Source: Octopus vulgaris
Lineage: Eukaryota
Assembly (NCBI GenBank): GCA_951406725.2
Contig: OX597821.1
Span: 372,001 to 436,000, forward strand
DNA length: 64,000 nucleotides
Direction: 5' to 3'
How positions within the stretch are numbered: position 1 is the first letter of the stretch; every line of letters begins with the position of its first letter. Positions 39,627 to 50,321 of the stretch are shown piece after piece. Position numbers and translations under genes: made by a program. The notes under the pieces are model-generated. The model made no database searches, was not told the origin of the DNA, and saw only the letters and a list, made by a program, of their open reading frames with translations.

Positions 39627-40209
39627 ACATTGAAGGACAAATCTTTCGATTTACAATATAATATAGTAGAACATTTAATATGTGTGTGTATATATATATA
39701 TATATATAGGTGTGTGTATATATATATTATCTGTTATATACATTATATTGTTTTTGTAATTTACTTGATCTTTACTTGCCAATTGTCATTCTAATTTTAA
39801 ACTTCCTATGATATGCAATTTTCAAGATGGTGTAATTTGATTGTTCCTTTTGAATCGATAGAAGGTGTTTATTTTCTAATATTTCATGTGTAAGCATGTA
39901 TATATATATATAGTGACATTGAAGGACACATCTTTCGATTTACAATCTAATATAGTAGAACATTTAGTATACGTCTGTATATGTATATATATGTGTGTGT
40001 GTGTGTGTATATATATATATTGCCTGTTATATACATTATATTATTTTTATAATTTACTTCCATCTTTACTTTTTAATTGTCACTTTAATTTTAACTTTCC
40101 TATGATATACAATTTTCAAGATGGTGTAATTTAGTTGTTCATTTTGAACCGATAAAAGGTTTTTTTTCAAATATTTCATGTATAAGCATGTATATATATA
40201 TATATAGTG
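39627..40209. repeat. Diverged direct tandem duplication, unit about 289 bp, directly after the Penelope ORF
   Basis: acattgaaggaca[ac]atctttcgatttacaat starts at 39627 and again at 39916. Both units share ttttcaagatggtgtaattt and end in aagcatgtatatatatatatagtg. Confidence 0.85.
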
Positions 40210-40850
40210 GTATAAATATCAACACAATTTTTTCCCCCTTCCTCCCTTATTTTTCTTTTCCCTTTTCTCTTTTTGTCTCTCTCCCCTTCTCCAAACGCAC
40301 AGAGACACGCACACACACACGCACACACACACACAAACACACACAGACACACACCTCCACAAAACGATCATAAAAAGTGGAAAGAGTTCTTAGACCCCAA
40401 ACGGCATTTGACCATTCTCAAAATGATAAAAGGAGGTGTAATTTATGGCCTGCCTACCCACCACCACACACTCAGTGACACTGAAGTGGTCAAAGCTGAA
40501 ATTCTTAGAACCCCCTTGGAGTCAGTGTTCTGTCCAGCAGACCAAAGGAAATCCTTCTTCTTCCCTCTTCCTTCCCCTCTTTCTCTTTGGCCTCAGATAC
40601 ACACACACACACATGTTTTCTCTCTCACTACTTCCTCCTCATCCACCTCACCCTCTTGTGCTGTCTTGTTCCTCCCCACCACTATAAAATGATTAAAATT
40701 CCCCACAAAGGAATTATTTTGATTTGAAAACCCCACTAGAATGGGAGAAAGCACTAATGATCTAAATGATATGATATATATGTAAAAAATGTAATATATA
40801 AATAAATATCTGTAAATATAAACCATCCGATCTTCTGATTACCTCATTTC

Positions 40851-40890
<40 letters not shown>

Positions 40891-40891
<1 letters not shown>

Positions 40892-41359
40892 CAATTAAGG
40901 ATAACTTCTTAATAAGGAATCTTAACAAGAAATTATCAGGTAGATAGCATGAAAAACCTCATAAGAGAAAAATTTTGAAAATAATTCTTTCTTATTGAAC
41001 ATATTAATTTATATATAGAGGGCATTATTATACATACATGCCACACGCTAAGAAGGACATTAGTCATTTCTACCAAAAATTTTACTAATCCTACCCAAAT
41101 GCAATTTTTCAAAGCAAGACATTTAAAAAATGAATTTAGTCTTGTATCACCTGTGATTTCGTACTTACGTACTCATCAGCAAGACTGGTTCTGAACGCAT
41201 CATAGATAAACGACCTGTCTCGTCGAAGCCAAACAGCTAACTGTTCACCCCAGTTGAAAAATTGCATTTGGGTAGGATTAGTAAAATTTTTGGTAGAAAT
41301 GACTAATGTCCTTCTTAGCGTGTGGCATGTATGTATAATAATGCCCTCTATATATAAAT
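40891..41359. mobile_element. (TA)n-flanked fold-back insert with a perfect 106-bp inverted repeat (41007-41112 / 41254-41359) enclosing an intact hammerhead
   Basis: The arms are exact reverse complements by eye. The left arm extends about 115 bp further to (TA)n at 40890. Confidence 0.88.
41138..41186 (-). ncRNA. Type I hammerhead ribozyme, intact core
   Basis: Minus strand reads AGUCUUG-CUGAUGA-GUAC(GUAA)GUAC-GAAA-UCAC(AG)GUGA-UA/CAAGACU. It has a 7-bp stem I, a 4-bp stem II with a GNRA loop, a paired stem III and the NUH triplet AUA. Predicted cleavage is between 41145 and 41144. Confidence 0.88.
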
Positions 41360-41371
41360 ATATATATATAT

Positions 41372-41773
41372 AGGCGCAAGAGTGGCTCTGTGGTAAGTAG
41401 CTTGCTTACCAACCACATGGTTCCGGGTTCAGTCCCACTGCGTGGCATCTTGGGCAAGTGTCTTCAACTATAGCCTCGGGCCAACCAAAGCCTTGTGAGT
41501 GGATTTGGTAGACGGAAACTGAAAGAAGCCCGTCGTATATATGTATGTATATATATATATATGTTTGTGTGTCTGCGTTTGTCCCCCTAGCATTGCTTGA
41601 CAACCGATGCTGGTGTGTTTACGTCCCCGTCACTTAGCGGTTCGGCAAAAGAGACCGATAGAATAAGTACTGGGCTTACAAAGAATAAGTCCTGGGGTCG
41701 ATTTGTTTGACTAAAGGCGGTGCTCCAGCATGGCCACAGTCAAATGACTGAAACAAGTAAAAGAGTAAAAGAG
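41372..41773 (+). mobile_element. Full-length, CpG-retaining (young) copy of tRNA-derived SINE family B (about 400 bp)
   Basis: ggcgcaagagtggctctgtggtaag (A-box), gggttcagtccc (B-box), cttgggcaagtgtctt, gtggatttggtagacggaaactgaaagaagccc, an internal (TA)n, and a tail ending gactgaaacaagtaaaagagtaaaagag. Confidence 0.9.
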
Positions 41774-41817
<44 letters not shown>

Positions 41818-42938
41818 ACCCCAAGTCTTGACATTCCATGTTAGTTATAAAACAAGAGTCATGGTCAAACAAGCAGGTCCCTCCTTTTTAGTCTTCAGAG
41901 AAAACGTCTGGCCATAGGGAAACAAGTTGGATGAAAACAAGAGCATCCAGTCATGGAAAATCTGCATCAACGAATTCCCTTAGACTCATGCAAGCATGGA
42001 AAAGTGGACATTAAAATGATGAGGATGGTGATAATGATGATGATAGTGGGGTATGACTTTAGGGAATTTTGCAGCTATTTCTACCAGGCTGAGGAATCGT
42101 ATAAAAGCTGTCTTCTTATTGGCTCCTATAAGATTCTTGATTATGGAGACAAGATAACGTTTAAAATTATTGAAACTGAGTCTTGGTTTGTGTTTAGATA
42201 TAAATAACTACAAGTAACCATTCTCTTGGCAAAGCAAAAGTCCTTGTTTTCTGATGATTCTGAGTAGAAAATGAAACTAGTCAAAACAACTTCAATTACA
42301 TTTTGTGATGAAGCTTATAGTTTCAAAATTGTACGTGTGTGTCATCACTGTTGCTGCCAGTGTTGTCATCATCATCATCATCATCATTTTAATGCCTGCA
42401 TTTCCATGCTTGTGTTAGTCAGATGACATTTGTTGGGGCAGATTTTCTATGGTTAGATGTTCTTCCTGTTGCTAACTTTCACCTATTTCTATTTCCAGGT
42501 GGGTTAATATTTACCTATTTACCTTGAATCCAATTTATATTGGGTTTAATATTTTTAATATTTAATATTTACCTTGAACCCAATCAGAACAATTACCAGA
42601 TGTGATTTCATAGAATGTTGCAATGACACCACTTGTATGATGGTAAAGCTCATTTATGACTAGTGTACAATCTCAAGATGAAGACATTTATTATATACAA
42701 GGGGGATTCTTTCAGTTTCTGTCTACCAAATCCTTTCACCAGGTTCTGGTTGAAGACACTTTCCCAAGGTGCCACATGTGTAGCTATGGAATAGATTCAA
42801 TAAATCTACCTTAAAATTTCAATTTTAAATATCTTTCTTAAGTACATATTCATATACACTCACCAGATATAGACTTTTGTTTCTGACATATAAGCTGCAA
42901 GTTTATAAGAGATAAAGAGGAAAGATTTTGTACTCTGC

Positions 42939-43165
42939 AACCCTTTCGTTACTGTATTAATTTTGAGATGCTCTGTGTTTTTTTCAATTAATTTTAAATA
43001 TAACAAAGAATTTAGTAAAATAACTTAGTTATCATTAAGCTAGTGTTAGGAACATAAATTGTGACTAAGGTTTGGTGGAAGATTTTAATTCAAAACTTAT
43101 GAAAACAAGACATTTGTACTACAGAGCCAGGGGCGGTTTCAGCCAGATTGGTATTGAAACATTTG
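42939..43165. mobile_element. Possible piggyBac-like MITE, one end decayed
   Basis: Begins (tt)aaccctttcgttac; the distal end ggtattgaaacattt is only a weak inverted match. Confidence 0.35.
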
Positions 43166-43365
43166 AGATCTGTTGATGTTGTTTAGCTTCAAAGCAGCTC
43201 TGAAAGCAGTTCCAGATGTGACCATCCTGTCGTTTTTCCTGTCAATGTATATCTAGTACTACATTATCTAATGCACTGATTGACAACCCATGACTCATTG
43301 AACAAAATGCTCAAAGTGTTATGACACATCATTACTTTTCTAGAAGTTTTGTTTATATTTTTTTT

Positions 43366-43720
43366 AGCTCTTACTTGTTTCAGTCATTAGACTGTGACCA
43401 TGCTGGGGCACCACCTTGAAGAATTTTAGTTGACTAAATTGATCCCAGCACTTATTTTTTTGAAGTTTGATACTTATTCTGTCAGTCTCCACTAAGTTAT
43501 GGGAAGGTAAACATACCAACACTTGTTGCCGTGTAGAGGTAGGGGACAAACAAGACGCACACACGTTGTTGTTCTTTCAGTTTCTGTCTTCCAAATCCAC
43601 CCACAAGGCACTGGTCAACCTGAATCTATAGTAGGAGACATTTGCCCAAAATGCCACACAGTGGGACTGAACCCAGAACCATGTGGTTGGGAAGAAAACT
43701 TCTTACCACACAGCTATACC
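43366..43720 (-). mobile_element. SINE family B copy
   Basis: cttacttgtttcagtcatt..gactgtgaccatgctgg..ccaaatccac..gtgggactgaaccc..ttaccacacagc. Confidence 0.8.
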
Positions 43721-45345
43721 TATATATTAAGAAAACAAAATTGATATAGAAATTGTTTTAGAATAGAAATGGATGCATGTGTTGCACTTTGATACACCCA
43801 TGCAATGCATTAAACGCATGATTGTTTTAAATGTCCCAACATTTAATAACTCATTTCAAAAACTTGTTGAGTGCATTAGGTAACTTGCACACCAGAGTCT
43901 AGTGGTTAAATATGTGTGAGTTTCTGTTTTTAAGAAACTGCTTGTGATAGCAGAGAAATCTGGCTGCTATTTCTAGCAGACCAAAGCTACATTGGTGATT
44001 CATCCTTCAAGGTCTTTTCTCTAGCAGCATTATTGAAGTGATCTGACTTTGATCAACAATTAGTAATGGGTTGCAAAATCAGTACAGATAGGGTTACAAT
44101 AGATTGATTGCCCCTCACTACACTGTTGACACTTTACTTTTTTTGTTCTTTTGTTATCTTAGGATGAGGAAGGTGGTGTAATGCATGATAAGTGTATGAG
44201 GAGGTTGTATGATATATATTCAAATGGTACAAAGTATAAGAATGTGGTACATGTGAAGGAGGTGTAAAGTGTATGTGAAGGTGGAATAATGTCTACAAAG
44301 ATGGTATAATATATATGAAGGCAGTATAATGTATTTAACAACGATAAAGGTATCCATGAAGAAAACTTGCAGATGATAATGTTTGAGTTTTCAGTTGATA
44401 AAAAGGTTTGAAAAGCTGGATTGAATATTTCAAATTTCATTGTTTTTATTTTGTTTTATATTTTTTTCAGAACAAAATGGTAAAGGAAGTGCTTATAGCC
44501 TCTGTAAGATCCCTACCCTTTATCTCAACAGTTGTGGTTGAGGTTGTTGAGCTTCAGGCCTAACTTCTTCAGGGTGGCAGAGTTCTAGATAGTTGTGGTT
44601 CTCAAAGATTGAAAGAGCTAGTGAAGTGGGGAGACTTTTGATGCTTTGAAATAGGAAGGATGACAAGAAATGGTGACAGAAGATGATTCTGCTCGCTAGA
44701 TAAGGTAAGCACAGAACCAATGGTGAACTTGGAGTAGGGTAAAGTAGGAAGTGCGGCTTGGCAGGTAGGAGATGTTTTGGCATAGCCATTTTGGCACCAT
44801 GCATTTGGCATTGCTGATACCACATTGATTTATTTGACATGATATGCTTTAATGTTTCTCTTGATCTCACTCTCTGTTTAAGTGGGTCAGCATATTATTT
44901 GCTCTGTATTGATATTATATATATGTATATATATTTATACATAATTATACAAATATTTATACATAATTATATATATATATATTTAAGTATGTGTGTTTGT
45001 CCCCATACCACCACTTGACAAATGGTGTTGGTGTGTTTATTATAAATAATTAGTGCCAGGCTTAAAAGAGATAAAAAGTAGAGGTCGATTCATTTGACTA
45101 AAAGGCCATGCCGTAGCATGACCGCAGACTAATGACTGAAACAAGTAAAAGACAGAAATAAAAGGAGAAAAGATGCATGTGTGTATGTGTGTTTCCAGTG
45201 CCAGAAATTACTATTACCAAAATGGATTCAATGTCTGGTCAGCTGTAACACACCACCGGCATCCAAACATTCAATGGCTTGACAGTAAAGGATTCTATGG
45301 ATAGTGAAATATTAGAAGAAGAACTGAAGAACATTACTATCTTAC

Positions 45346-45474
45346 CCTTGCTATTTCCATTTTGATCTCGCAGTATTGTGCATTCTTCAATCGTCCCATA
45401 AGGCTGAAATAACTGACGTATGTCATCTTCTGTTTGCTGTTTATTGAGCATGCCGACAAACAACTTTCTGTCTT
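45346..45474 (-). CDS. CELF4: Internal exon of a CELF3-6 subfamily (CUGBP Elav-like / Bruno-3 / UNC-75) RNA-binding protein, first half of RRM2
   Basis: Translates (E)[42 protein letters not shown](G), containing RNP2 LFVGML. Acceptor is ttcttctatctatttccag|AA and donor is AAGG|gtaag. 129 nt, phase 1-1, as expected for this exon in CELF3-6 genes. The symbol names the closest vertebrate paralogue; invertebrates generally have one CELF3-6 co-orthologue. Confidence 0.95.
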
Positions 45475-45715
45475 CTGGAAATAGATAGAAGAAGAGAACA
45501 AACATTAGTTTATGGAATATAAGGCAAAACAATATTTTTAGCAGACATTTAGCTTGAGCTATATGTAGAAAAAGCCATATAAAAAAATGTCAGGTTGTGA
45601 TGTTCATATTATTTTGAAGGGTTTTTTTATGGATGTAATAGTATAAACTATTGTAATAGTGTAGCAAAGAGAGAAAAAAGTCTCCATACAGGGGAAAAAA
45701 ATATAATAATAATAA

Positions 45716-46116
45716 TGGTTTTCAAATTTTGGAACAAAGCCAGCAATTTTAAGGGGAGATGAATAGTCGATTACACTGAGTCCAGTGCTCAACTATCCTG
45801 AAAGGATGAAAGGTAAAGTCAAATTTGAACCCAGAGTGTGGAGAGTTGGAAGAATTTTCTCCAACATGCTAATTATTCTGCCAGCTTGCCAACAACAAAA
45901 GCAACAACAATAATAATAATGGTTTCAAATTTTACCACAAGAGCAGCAATTTGCGGGGAGATGAGCTGATTACATCAACTCCAGTCTTCAATTGGGACTT
46001 ATTTTATCAACCCTGGAAAGTCGACTAGGATGAAATTTAAACTTAGAACAGAGCAATGAGTGAAATACTGTTAAGAATTTTGTCCAGCCTACTAACGATT
46101 TTGCAAGCTCACTGAC

Positions 46117-46117
<1 letters not shown>
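45716..46117 (-). mobile_element. Two SINE family A copies just upstream (in transcript sense) of the RRM2 exon
   Basis: Same motifs as the other family A copies: ggatgaaaggtaaagtc, tttgaacccaga, attctgccagctt. Confidence 0.8.
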
Positions 46118-46180
<63 letters not shown>

Positions 46181-46397
46181 TAATAATAATAATATGAAAA
46201 AACATATGGAAACTTCAAAAAGACCCTACAATCTAGGTGTATTGCAAAAATTGGCATTACCTGGAACTGCACACATATTGCATAAAGTACAGCATATCTG
46301 AGGTCCTTATTGTCACTTGACAGACAATACAAACCCCCTGGTAAAAGCAATATCTTCAATCAACAACATCATGATATTAGATATTGTGATATTATTA

Positions 46398-46451
<54 letters not shown>

Positions 46452-47932
46452 GTGCTGGTGCTATGTAAAAAGCACCCAGCACACACTATAAAGTGATTGG
46501 TATTAGGAAGGGCATCCAGCAGTAGAAACCATGTCAAATCAGACTGGAACCTGGTGCAGCTCTCCAGCTCTGGTCAAAGCATGGGAAGCTGACATTAAAA
46601 GATGATGACGATGATAATGATGATGATGAATAATGGTTTTGAATTTAGGACTGAGTTACTTGATGCCATTGACTTTGGTTCTTGACAGGTGCCTTATGTT
46701 ATTGATCCAGATGGATAAAAGGTGAACTCAGAATGTGGAAAATCTAAATAAATACTACAATCAACAATCAACCATTTATGCTACCTCACTACCTTAAGAA
46801 GGCCAAATATAATGATAATAATTTCATAAATTAAGTCCAAAGTTAGGGTCTTGGGAGTTGAAGCTTAATTTAATTTAATCAAGTACCAATATTTGGCTGG
46901 CATTTATTTTATCAACCTTGGGAATCTCCCATATAGTCAACTTAATCTGCTAGAAATAGCTCCCAAATCTTCCTCAAATCAAGAGATTACCTCTTAAAAA
47001 CATGTAAAAGGATTCTGAATATTGTAGTCTTGGATATGATATATGAAAATAAGGCTAGATGGGATGGTCAAGAATGGAATGCCTTTGATTATTGGTCTGT
47101 TCTGCTTATTCAAAACTTACATGGGACTAAATTGCAATAATTTTGGAGGGACAGAAAGAAAGTAAAAATCCTCAGGCTACTAAACTCCTGATGGAGTCAT
47201 AAAGTCTCTGTGTGGCCTGAGAAATGTTTTCAGCATTTTGAAACCTGGCAGAGCTCCTCATTCTTCAAGTGTGACTAAAGATAATTTCTTCCAGTGCGAA
47301 ATAAAGAGGTGAAGAGGAGAGAGAAGGAGGAGACAGAGAGTGGGAGCAGAAAGAGAGGATAGAGAGAGGAGCAAGAGGAAGAAAGAAATTTGAAAACTAA
47401 CCGCCAATGCTACCTCACCCTGAAATCCCACCCTGAAAATGTGTGTATGTTTAATGAGGAACAAATATGATTCTATCATCGAAAATGTAACTATACATTA
47501 TTGGCAAAGTAGCTGATATTTGGAACTGCGTCTTCCAGTGAAATATCGTAGTTGCCAACATGCTGAACCAAAATAGCAGAAGTCTGGGGAAGAAAGCGTA
47601 GATAATACATAGTTTTTGCCCATTTGCCGGCACTACATACCAATTCTCTTTAAGTAATTAATACTAATGATTAAAAAATCAATTGATTTTGATATGGCTT
47701 TTGTGTTGCAGCTTCTGTGGCTGGTGTGTGTGTGTTTTGCCTTTTTGTATGTTTGTTTGTTAGTCTATTCCCATATCTGATTTTTTTGTTGTTTTGTATA
47801 TGTATGTTTTCTTTTTCTGTGTTTTAGATTATCTAAGTATGCATTAATATTAGATGATATGCAAATGTATACTAACACACAACTACCTTGCTTTCCTTTC
47901 CCTCTCCATCCTATATACAGCATGTGTAGGTG

Positions 47933-47963
<31 letters not shown>

Positions 47964-47985
47964 GCATGTGTGAGTTTGTGTGTGT

Positions 47986-48022
<37 letters not shown>

Positions 48023-48142
48023 CATACATGCATGTGAAGGTGTACATACATACATACATATATATATATATATGCATGTGTGAGTGTGTGTGTATATAAA
48101 TACACACACACATATATATATTTATGCATGTGTGTGTATGCA

Positions 48143-48184
<42 letters not shown>

Positions 48185-48189
48185 TGCGC

Positions 48190-48237
<48 letters not shown>

Positions 48238-48792
48238 TCATCATCATCGTTTAACGTCCGCTTTCCATGCTAGCATGGGACATATTCAAATGTATGTACA
48301 GTCGAATAATGATAAGCAGAAAAAAGCCCCACATGAAAAATTGCTTGTAAAACATAACTTTTTCTCATACACATATCTACAAAGCATACACCCACACACA
48401 CACCTGTGTTGGTGGAATGGAGACAAATATGTGTGTGCATGTATGTTGTGATACACAGACGTACCTTTACATATAGATACCTACAAACACTAACATACAT
48501 ACATACATTTATGCAAACATACACACAGGCGTAACATGCATGTGAAAAAATGTAGCAAAATAACAAATGAATAAGACTTCCCCGCCTGCCCCCCCATCCA
48601 AAAATGGAAAAAAAACCCTCAAAAAACAAAAACAAAATCAATGTAAATCAATGATGGAAATTGCTAAGACTCAGTAAATGTAGCAATCTGCTGTATTAAA
48701 CCGATTCCATCTAATGGAAATAGATCTCTCTGACTTTGCTAAGTAAACAAAGAATCTGTTTTGTCTATAACTGATAGTGGCATTGAATAGAA

Positions 48793-49051
48793 ATGTCGGC
48801 ATTCACATGTAGTACATGCAGGTAATACAGCAGTATTGGCATTCACATGTAATGCAGAAATGCCGGCGTTTGCATGCAATACATACTGTTAATACAGACA
48901 TGTCAGCATTCCCATGTAATACAGATAAAACAGAATTATTGGCATTCATGTATTACGTATGAATTCTGACATTCCTGTATTACCTATATGTATAACAAAT
49001 AAATGGCACCATTTCTGTATTACCATATGTGTTACATGTGAATGCTGACAT
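48793..49051. repeat. Small fold-back element built from a motif of about 23 bp in direct then inverted orientation
   Basis: atgtcggcattcacatgta at 48793 is matched by tacatgtgaatgctgacat at 49033-49051, with internal variants gcattcacatgtaat and gcattcccatgtaatacaga. Confidence 0.65.
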
Positions 49052-49475
49052 CATAAGAATTTAATATCTGTGTAATAGACACATACAAGCATGTTAGATT
49101 TACCATCATGCATGCATATATATATATGTATGTATGAATGTGAGTGTGGGTTTTAATATTTTATTTAGGCATTGCAATGCTAAAAACCTAGTGTAGAACT
49201 CAATATAAATATGCTTCTGAGTGAAGTGTCAGTCGAGTACAGAGTGGTAATAGGAAAGAAGAAATGACAAAGGAATAAATAATGAACTTCATTAGCTTAC
49301 AGATGTTTCCACTGTAAGATGTGGTGGACTCATATTTGAGTGTCTGTGTAACACCTTATAGCTTTATCAGAGTCTTAGACATGAAGTGCATGAATTCTCT
49401 CTTATTTTCAACTAATAGATTTTCAAACAAGGCATTAGTACAAGACATCAGCCCAAGGTGCCATTTACTCGCATC

Positions 49476-49511
<36 letters not shown>

Positions 49512-49513
49512 AA

Positions 49514-49988
49514 GAAAAACTAGAAATAGTTGATAGCTTCCGTTAGCTGGGTGACCAAGTCAGTAGCAGGGGTGGGTGTGCTGAAAGTGTAACTACTAGA
49601 GTAAGAATAGCCTGGGCAAAGTTCAGAGAGCTCTTACCCCTGCTGGTGACAAAAGGCCTCTCTCAGAGTAAAAGGCAGACTGTATGATGCATGTGTACGA
49701 ACAGCCATGCTACATGGTAGTGAAACATGGGCTGTGACTGCTGAGGACATGCGTAAGCTTGCAAGAAATGAAGCCAGTATGCTCCGATGGATGTGTAATG
49801 TCAGTGTTCATACTCAACAGAGTGTAAGTACCTTGAGAGAAAAGTAGGACCTTAGAAGCATCAGTTGTGGTGTGCAAGAGAGATGTTTGTGCTGGTATGG
49901 TCATGTGACAAGAATGGATGAAGATAGTTGTGTGAAAAAGTGCCACACTCTAGCTGTTGAGGGAACCTGTGGAAGAGGTAGACCCAGG
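49514..49988 (+). mobile_element. RTE-clade LINE ORF2 fragment, disrupted
   Basis: LEIVDSFR*LGDQVS..RVRIAWAKFRELLPLL../RVKGRLYDACVRTAMLHGSETWAVT..NEASMLRWMC..WYGHVTRMDED..GRGRPR are RTE C-terminal motifs; stops and a frameshift are present. Confidence 0.88.
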
Positions 49989-50215
49989 TTAGAAAACTTT
50001 GATATGGGAAAAATTTACAACCTTCTACATCAATAAACCACTATTGCCCCAGAAAATTGCTTTTTATACCTTCTATAGACTGCTCAAAGCTAACTTCCTA
50101 CACTTTGATCCTATAGTGAGTAGTTTATAAATTATATGGTACACACCTGGTAGTTTATCAGTAAAGTACATTCACTATGCGAAACAGGGTTTATTTTAAT
50201 GAGATAGCTCTTGAA

Positions 50216-50321
50216 ATCACTTGAGGAGACACATCTACACTGAGGGATACACCTAAACTTGTTGTGCAGTATCCTACCCATGAGGGATCGACACCAGATG
50301 GGTTGAAACGATTGTAGTGAT
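50216..50321 (+). ncRNA. Degenerate hammerhead motif (C3 to T)
   Basis: atcac-TTGAGGA-gac...gtt-GAAAC-gatt-GTA-gtgat, with perfect stem I atcac/gtgat; the insert ends in (TA)n at about 50370. Confidence 0.45.

Larger units (their letters stand above)
37778..45345 (-). other. GT-AG intron (7568 nt) between the two CELF RRM2 exons
   Basis: gtaag donor at 45345-45341 and cag acceptor at 37780-37778; phase 1 on both sides. Confidence 0.92.

Noticed and set aside
45239-45532. Whole 97-aa ORF as a protein
   Set aside because: Only 45346-45474 is exon; the flanking residues are intron read-through beyond canonical splice sites.
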